Assembly: GCA_040882645.1 (NCBI GenBank)
Contig: JBBEAX010000055.1
Location: 3,589-67,588 of the forward strand
Reading direction: 5' to 3'
DNA: 64,000 nt
Source: Acidimicrobiia bacterium
Lineage (GTDB): Bacteria > Actinomycetota > Acidimicrobiia > Spongiisociales > UBA11373
Below are positions 58,035-64,000 of this stretch, in pieces. A program made the position numbers and the translations under genes. The stretch's first letter is position 1; each line of letters begins with the position of its first letter. A model generated the notes under the pieces. That model had not been told where the DNA came from and searched no databases. It saw only the letters and a program-made list of their open reading frames with translations.

Positions 58035-58484
58035 ATGCATTCCGACGTGACCGTTGCGGTCGAGGTGCCGCTGGTCGGCGACGCCCGGTTGAAGAACTGG
58101 GCCAAGGTGGTCACCAACGTCGATCCCGACCAGAACGGCGGGTGGGCGTACGACGGTGAGTTCATCGCCGCGGGCGGAGTCCAGGATGTCACCGCCCCGT
58201 CGGTGCTCCTGGTCTACGGCGAACGCGGTTCACGCGGAGACCCCCGTCCCGAGGCCCACCTCTATCTCGTCAACACGGACGCCACCCTCACCCTGCACTC
58301 GACCGCGACGGGGCGGGCATGGGCGCGGACCCTGCGTGACTCGGTGGTCGAGCTGCTCGAGCGCGACTCCCCGTTTCCGGCCCAGCGTCCCTGGGACGAA
58401 AACCTGATCGGATACTCGGACGACGCCCTGCGGGCGGAGCTGGCCCGACGGGAGGGACCGAGTCGATCAGACGGCGCTACATGA
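58035..58484 (+). CDS. Hypothetical protein
   Basis: 149-aa ORF with no recognised motifs. Its 3' end overlaps the convergent neighbour by 8 nt. Confidence 0.55.
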   Translation: MHSDVTVAVEVPLVGDARLKNWAKVVTNVDPDQNGGWAYDGEFIAAGGVQDVTAPSVLLVYGERGSRGDPRPEAHLYLVNTDATLTLHSTATGRAWARTLRDSVVELLERDSPFPAQRPWDENLIGYSDDALRAELARREGPSRSDGAT

Positions 58485-58956
58485 GCACCGTTGCCAACCC
58501 GATCCGGGGATTCAACGGCTGCTCGTGGTTGATCACGGTCGTACTGAGGTGCCAGGCGCGGCGAGACTCCTCGGCAACCTCCGTGCTTCGGCACATCCGG
58601 GCCGACAACTCTCCCCGTCGGGTCACCTCGGCCACGTAGTCCGGATCCTCCGGGTCGGTCCCGGTCAATTTGTAGATGGTCACGTGGAGATTGGAATGGT
58701 GGTCGTCCAGCGGAGTCGGTCCGATGATGTTCTCAGCCATCAGTACTCGGATGGGGTCAAACACGAAGTCGTGCCAGGAGTCCGGTTCGAGGTCGGTGTC
58801 GAATTCGGCATACAGGATGTGCCGGAAAGCCCCGCCAAACAGACGGTTCGCCTCACCCGACATGGGTAGCGCCGCCTTCTTGAATCGCTCCGACGGTCCG
58901 ACTAACTCCCACAATTCGTTGCCTGAGGTGTCGTTCATTGGCGCTCCTTTGCTCAT
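58477..58956 (-). CDS. Hypothetical protein
   Basis: 159-aa ORF with no recognised motifs. Divergent from the STAND gene. Confidence 0.55.
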   Translation of the reverse strand: MSKGAPMNDTSGNELWELVGPSERFKKAALPMSGEANRLFGGAFRHILYAEFDTDLEPDSWHDFVFDPIRVLMAENIIGPTPLDDHHSNLHVTIYKLTGTDPEDPDYVAEVTRRGELSARMCRSTEVAEESRRAWHLSTTVINHEQPLNPRIGLATVLM

Positions 58957-59118
58957 CGGTGATCCGTCGGTCGAGGGTCTCCATGCGCCGTACGCTCGGT
59001 GCGCCGTGGTCGCCGGTCGAGCACGCCAGCGGCGCCTGCTCGAGGCACCCCGCCCGGAAACCTACTCGTCGACGTTGGTCGGACTGGGATGGCGGGGGCT
59101 GATCGGTAGATTTCTCTC

Positions 59119-62022
59119 GTGACCGACTCATCTGGCGAAGGCGATCTCATGGATGATTCCGGGGGCGGGCGATCCGGTTCAGGGATGGCGCGGCCGCCGG
59201 TTGGAACCGTCACGTTCCTGTTCACGGATCTCGAAGGGTCGACCCGTCTGTGGGAGTCGGATCCCTCTGGTGCCGGCGCGGCGATCGCGCGGCATGAGAG
59301 GCTCCTGCGTCGGTTGGTTGGTGAGAGGTCGGGTGTGGTCGTGAAAGGAACGGGGGATGGCGTTCTCGCCGTCTTCTCGTCGGCAAATGACGCCCTTGCC
59401 GCCGCAGTGGCCATCCAGATCGAGGTGGAGCGTGACGCCACGGTGAGGTCGCGTATAGCCCTGCACACCGGCGAAGCCGAGTCCCGCGACGGTGATTATT
59501 ACGGAGTGGCGCTGAACCGCTGCCAGCGAGTCATGTCGATCGGGCATGGGGGCCAAATCCTCGTGACGTTGGCGACCGAGGAGGTGCTGACCCATCCCCT
59601 GCCTGATGGCGTGGTTTTGGTCGAGTTGGGTCGTCACCGACTCAGGGATGTTGCCGAGCCGATGTTGTTGTTCCAGGTGACCCATCCCCAACTGATGTCG
59701 GAATTCCCCCCGCTCCGGACGTCCAAGACCTTCGCGCACAACCTGCCGGCGCCACTCACCGATTTCGTAGGGCGGGAGCGTGAACTCATCGACGGGGCAC
59801 GGGCAGTACGGGGCTCCCGATTGACCACCTTCACCGGAATTGGCGGCGGCGGTAAGAGCCGCCTCGGCCTGCAAGTGGCGACCAGCCTCGTCGACGAGTT
59901 CCCCGGCGGGGTCTGGTTGATAGAACTGGCGTCGGTTGCCGACCCCTCCCTCGTGCCCAGATCGATTGCGCAGGTGCTTGGGATCCCGGAGGAGCCAGGC
60001 CGGGACCTACTTGGCGCGGTTGGGCTCCGATTAGGGCAGGCACCGGCGCTGCTGCTCCTCGACAACTGCGAACACCTCGTGGAGGCGGCCGCCACCGCGG
60101 TCGATCATCTCCTCCGCGTTGCCTCCGGGCTCCGGGTGCTGGCCACCAGCCGCGAGCGACTGGGGGTGCCAGGGGAGACGGTCTACGTCGTCCCGCCGAT
60201 GTCGGTACCGGACGGGGATGACGCCAGTTCCGCCGCCGGAGCGTTCGAACACGATGCGGTTCGGCTGTTCGTGAAGCGCGCCGCTCTGGCCGACCCGGGG
60301 TTCGTCCTCACGGACCAGAACAGTGCCCTCGTGAGCCGGGTCTGCCGCCTGGTCGACGGGATCCCGCTCGCGATCGAACTCGCCGCCGGGAGAGTCGGAA
60401 GCCTGAGCGTCTCCGAGGTGGCGGCCCGACTGGAGAGTCATTTCGGTCTCCTGGCGGGCGGTAGCCGGACCGTCGACCATCGCCATCAGACGATGCTGGC
60501 AGCGCTGGATTGGAGCTACCAACTGTTGTCGCCGGCCGAGCGAGAGGTTCTGGCCCAACTCGCCGCCTTTCGCGGAAGCTTCGAGTTGGCGCAGGTCGAG
60601 GCGATCTGCCACGTCGAGGATCCGGCCGGGGTTCTAGGGGCCGTAGTGGGCCTGGTCGACAAGTCGCTACTCATTCACGACCCGGCCTCCGGCCGCTACC
60701 GACTGCTCGAGCCCGTGCGACGGTATGCGGAGGACAAATTGGAGGAGTCGGGTCAGACTCAGGCCGTGGCCCTGAACCACGCGCTCTTCTTCGCCGACCT
60801 CGTCGAGAGGGCGGCCGATACTGCCGGAGTCGACCAGGCAGTGCACCTGAACGGTCTCGAGCAAGAGCACGACAATCTCAGGGCGGCCCTCAGGTGGTCG
60901 CTCGATGCGGCCGACGGTGATCTCGCCCTTCGCATCGGCAGCGCGGCATGGGACTTCTGGAAGCTCCGCGGCCACTTGTCCGAAGGGCTCGCCTGGCTGG
61001 AGCGGGGCCTGGAAGCCTCGCGTGGTGCGCCCCCTGCGGTGAGGGCTCGGGCGCTGCGAGGTGCCGGCGACCTCGCAGCCGGGCAGGGAGACGCCACCCG
61101 TGCCCGTCGCTACCTCGAGCAATCGCTCCAACTGGCGGAGGAGCTGGGCGATGACACCGGAGCCGCCGAGAGCCTGACCCGGCTGGCTGGTCTTCCTCAC
61201 CGGGAGGGAGACCTCGTCGGCGCCACTCGCTTGTTCGAAGAGGCTCTAGCGCGAGCCCGTGTCGGGGGTGATCCGTCACGGGTTGGGCACATTCTGGCAA
61301 GCCTGGCGCTTCTATCTGAAGATCAGGGTTTCTCCGACCGTGCCGAGCGATATGCAGCCGAGGCGCTGTCGACGAGGCGACAGACGGACGACGTCTACGT
61401 CGTCACCGACGCCCTGCTGGCGCTGGGAGAGATCCGTATCAACCGGGGGGACTGGCAGGCCGCCCGAGAGTCGTTGGAGACTGCGCTGCAGGAGGCGCGC
61501 CGTGCTGGGTTCACGGATGTGATCGGGTGGGCGACCGCATACCTGGGCAAGATGGCTCTGGGGGAAGGGCAGATCCAAGAAGGGGAGCGGCTGCTTTCGG
61601 AGGGCCTGGCGATGTTCCAGCGTCTCGGAATGCCGGTCGCAGCCGCCTGGGCGATGCGGCATCTCGGCCGAGCGGCACTCGAGTTGGGGGACGACTCCCG
61701 CGCCGATGCCCTGCTGCGGGGGGCACTGCAGATCTCGCTGGCCCAGGTTCGGCCGGACGTACCGCTGGTACTCCAGGCGATCGCGGAACTGGAAGTCCGT
61801 CGGGGGCGGTGGGAGCAGGGAGCGGTGCTGTCGGCTGCAGCGGAGGCAACGCGAAACCGGATGGGCCTCAAGCTTCCGGCGCGCGAGCAAGCTGCGGCAT
61901 TGGCCGCCCTCGACGAAGCGAGTGCCCAACTTGGCGGGGAGAAGTTTCAACGCCTCTCTGCGGAGGGTGCCGCCATGACGATCGAGCAGGCGGGAGCACG
62001 GGCCGCAGAGCCTGACGTGTGA
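59119..62022 (+). CDS. Class III nucleotidyl cyclase domain - NB-ARC/STAND ATPase - TPR repeat protein
   Basis: Cyclase core VTFLFTDLEGST, GTGDGVLAVF, ALHTGEAE and GVALNRCQR. P-loop GIGGGGKSRL, then LLLDNCEH. The C-terminal ~400 aa are TPR-like. No LuxR or other HTH is seen at the C-terminus. Confidence 0.9.
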   Translation: MTDSSGEGDLMDDSGGGRSGSGMARPPVGTVTFLFTDLEGSTRLWESDPSGAGAAIARHERLLRRLVGERSGVVVKGTGDGVLAVFSSANDALAAAVAIQIEVERDATVRSRIALHTGEAESRDGDYYGVALNRCQRVMSIGHGGQILVTLATEEVLTHPLPDGVVLVELGRHRLRDVAEPMLLFQVTHPQLMSEFPPLRTSKTFAHNLPAPLTDFVGRERELIDGARAVRGSRLTTFTGIGGGGKSRLGLQVATSLVDEFPGGVWLIELASVADPSLVPRSIAQVLGIPEEPGRDLLGAVGLRLGQAPALLLLDNCEHLVEAAATAVDHLLRVASGLRVLATSRERLGVPGETVYVVPPMSVPDGDDASSAAGAFEHDAVRLFVKRAALADPGFVLTDQNSALVSRVCRLVDGIPLAIELAAGRVGSLSVSEVAARLESHFGLLAGGSRTVDHRHQTMLAALDWSYQLLSPAEREVLAQLAAFRGSFELAQVEAICHVEDPAGVLGAVVGLVDKSLLIHDPASGRYRLLEPVRRYAEDKLEESGQTQAVALNHALFFADLVERAADTAGVDQAVHLNGLEQEHDNLRAALRWSLDAADGDLALRIGSAAWDFWKLRGHLSEGLAWLERGLEASRGAPPAVRARALRGAGDLAAGQGDATRARRYLEQSLQLAEELGDDTGAAESLTRLAGLPHREGDLVGATRLFEEALARARVGGDPSRVGHILASLALLSEDQGFSDRAERYAAEALSTRRQTDDVYVVTDALLALGEIRINRGDWQAARESLETALQEARRAGFTDVIGWATAYLGKMALGEGQIQEGERLLSEGLAMFQRLGMPVAAAWAMRHLGRAALELGDDSRADALLRGALQISLAQVRPDVPLVLQAIAELEVRRGRWEQGAVLSAAAEATRNRMGLKLPAREQAAALAALDEASAQLGGEKFQRLSAEGAAMTIEQAGARAAEPDV

Positions 62023-62056
62023 CCTGACGCCGACCCTCGGGTCTACGCTCCCGCCA

Positions 62057-63322
62057 ATGTCTTTACCTCCGGCCACTTCGTCGACGCCGGTGGGACATCA
62101 GGGGGCGCCGTTGGCGGTACGGCGACGGCTCACCGGGGTGCTGTTTGCCGGGGTGGGCATCGGACGGACGGGGTACATCGCCGCCGTCACCGTGACGACC
62201 CTGGTTGCGAAGGATCTGCTCGGGTCGGCGACTCTCGCCGGCCTCCCCGGGGCGGTGGCCGTTCTGGGTTCGGCGCTGGGCGGGTCGCGTTTGTCTGCGC
62301 TGATGGATCGCCGGGGTCGCCGACAAGGAATGATCACCGGCTACTCACTGGTGGTGCTCGGCGCCGGAGTTGCCGCGGTGGCCACCGCCATCGGCTCCTT
62401 CCCGATGCTCGTGGTCGCGCTCGCCGTCTTTGGCTTCGGATCGAGCGCCGACAATCTTGCCCGGTACGCCGCCGCCGACCTCAACCCGCCGCATCGCCAG
62501 GGTTCGGCGATCGCGTTCGTGGTGTGGGCGGGCACCATCGGCTCGGTGCTCGGGCCGTCCCTACTCGCGCCGAGTGAAGCCTTTAGCCGGCTGATTCACA
62601 TCGAGGAGCTGGCGGGTGGGTTCCTCCTCGCCGCGGTGGCCGGGGGTCTCGCACTGCTGGTCGTCGGGACCATGTTGCGGCCCGATCCGCTGGAGTTCGC
62701 CGACCGGGGCGAGCCAAATGCGCCTTCACGGGCGGTGGGGGGCGCTTCTCCCGCGGTGCGCATCGCGGTGGCCTCGCTTGCCGTCGGCCAGGTCGTGATG
62801 GTGCTGATCATGGCGATGACGCCGATCCACGTGCGTGACCACGGCCACAGCCTTTCCACCGTGGGCTTGATCATCTCTGCCCACACCCTCGGGATGTTCG
62901 CAATGTCGCCTTTGACCGGGGCAATGGCGGACCGGCTCGGTCGGCTCCCCGTGATTCTCACCGGGCATGGAATCCTCGCGCTCGCCGCCGTCATGGGTGC
63001 AGTCGCCGATGAGCACGCCACCGGGGTTCTGACCGCGGCTCTGTTCCTGCTGGGCTTGGGATGGAACTTCTCCTTCGTCGCCGGAAGTGCTCTGCTCACC
63101 GAAGGCGCCGCACCGGCCCGGCGGGTCCGGCTGCAGGGCGTGGGTGATGCGGTCCTGTGGACGTCGGGGGCGCTTGCCAGCCTGTCGTCCGGCCTGCTGC
63201 TGGCGGCCAGCAGCTACGCGGTGCTGTGCCTGGTGGGAGCGGCGCTCACCGTCGTGCCTGTGTTGGTGATCGCCCACCAGCGGCTCACGTCGGGGCGCGC
63301 GGTCACCGACCCGGCCGGTTGA
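62057..63322 (+). CDS. MFS transporter
   Basis: 421 aa with about 12 TM helices. Confidence 0.8.
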   Translation: MSLPPATSSTPVGHQGAPLAVRRRLTGVLFAGVGIGRTGYIAAVTVTTLVAKDLLGSATLAGLPGAVAVLGSALGGSRLSALMDRRGRRQGMITGYSLVVLGAGVAAVATAIGSFPMLVVALAVFGFGSSADNLARYAAADLNPPHRQGSAIAFVVWAGTIGSVLGPSLLAPSEAFSRLIHIEELAGGFLLAAVAGGLALLVVGTMLRPDPLEFADRGEPNAPSRAVGGASPAVRIAVASLAVGQVVMVLIMAMTPIHVRDHGHSLSTVGLIISAHTLGMFAMSPLTGAMADRLGRLPVILTGHGILALAAVMGAVADEHATGVLTAALFLLGLGWNFSFVAGSALLTEGAAPARRVRLQGVGDAVLWTSGALASLSSGLLLAASSYAVLCLVGAALTVVPVLVIAHQRLTSGRAVTDPAG

Positions 63323-63323
63323 G

Positions 63324-63962
63324 TTAGGTCGCGGCGGGCTCGGGGCGGCGTTCGAACCACCTTCGCCAGGCCACGCTTCCGACCAGTATCCCGACTGTCA
63401 GCGGTACGGCCGGTTCGATTGTCGCCCAGCGGAACCACCGGAACCAGATCCACAGGTCCAGCAGCCATCCGTTTGGCTGGGCTATCGGAATGGACTGCAC
63501 AAGGAACACCGCAACCATGACACCGATCAGGGTGATGGTCATGGTGGGGAGTCGCTCCCCGACGATGATCACCCCGCCGACGGCGGTTCCGAGGGCGAAC
63601 AGCCCGAGTGCTGCCCACCTGAGCGCGCCGGTCTCGCCGAAGCTGCCGTGTGAGATCAGGTCGACGGTGAGTCGGCCAAACAGGGTCAGGAACCCCAGTG
63701 CCAACGCCAGACCCGCGGCGACGCCGAACAGCTGGCGGCGGCGATCAGGCACGGGTTGTCCGGAGACCCGTTTCGAGGGTCGCCAGGGTCCCCACAGGGC
63801 AACGGCAACAAGCACGCCCACCAAGACCACGGTGGCTGCCCCGAAGCCGGATGCGATGCGGGAGGCGAGAGACGCCGGGAGAATCCCCCCACTCCTGGGA
63901 CCTATCGGGGGGACGATCGTGTAGGCGATGGCAAGCAGGACCGCCGGCACGATCACCAGCAT
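63324..63962 (-). CDS. Hypothetical multi-TM membrane protein
   Basis: ATG 63962 lies 7 nt after GGAGGAG; the track ORF begins at 63998 near the window edge. Its stop is 1 nt from the convergent MFS stop. Confidence 0.6.
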   Translation of the reverse strand: MLVIVPAVLLAIAYTIVPPIGPRSGGILPASLASRIASGFGAATVVLVGVLVAVALWGPWRPSKRVSGQPVPDRRRQLFGVAAGLALALGFLTLFGRLTVDLISHGSFGETGALRWAALGLFALGTAVGGVIIVGERLPTMTITLIGVMVAVFLVQSIPIAQPNGWLLDLWIWFRWFRWATIEPAVPLTVGILVGSVAWRRWFERRPEPAAT

Positions 63963-64000
63963 CGGGTGTCTCCTCCGGAACGCGATTGCGGAGCCCACCA

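Noticed and set aside
58035-59118. Slightly lower GC around the two hypothetical genes, considered as evidence of a genomic island.
   Set aside because: The dip is modest (57-63% in the lines I counted, and a gyrB line was also 63%). There is no integrase, tRNA or direct-repeat boundary.

Overview
High-GC bacterial chromosome segment (roughly two-thirds G+C by eye) spanning the replication origin. The gene order is the classic actinobacterial origin neighbourhood. An ECF sigma/anti-sigma pair, trxB, trxA and a cwlM-like amidase come first. parB-parA-rsmG-jag-yidC-yidD-rnpA-rpmH follow on the minus strand. DnaA-box clusters lie on both sides of dnaA, followed by dnaA-dnaN-recF-DUF721(dciA-like)-gyrB-gyrA-DUF3566 on the plus strand. 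The flanks carry housekeeping and envelope genes: panB, PadR+ino1, nfo, a cis-prenyltransferase, GT4, rimK with its retropepsin-like partner, an orphan prkA, cca, an orphan pilT, a divergent HDAC/GNAT pair, DegV, a molybdopterin oxidoreductase, a B12-riboswitch-controlled ABC importer, VIT, M23, cytochrome c, surE, a beta-propeller lipoprotein, two MFS transporters, YibE/F and a cyclase-STAND-TPR protein. I saw no transposase, integrase, CRISPR array, rRNA or tRNA. The most unusual content is non-coding. Fifteen intergenic loci carry tandem arrays with a strict 7-nt period, in three main unit classes. Nine of them pair with an inverted copy to give 20-25 bp hairpins, and shared junction sequences show they are dispersed copies. 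One pair of composite copies brackets a 4-kb envelope operon as inverted repeats, and another pair brackets two parS sites. Other points: pilT and probably rnpA have no canonical start codon upstream of their conserved N-termini (CTG likely). Three unannotated 39-41 aa single-TM ORFs lie below the ORF-track cutoff. Several domain architectures are worth a look. All coordinates were derived by hand and cross-checked against ORF-track anchors, so non-CDS features may be off by 1 nt. Family names come from my recognition of motifs, not from searches.
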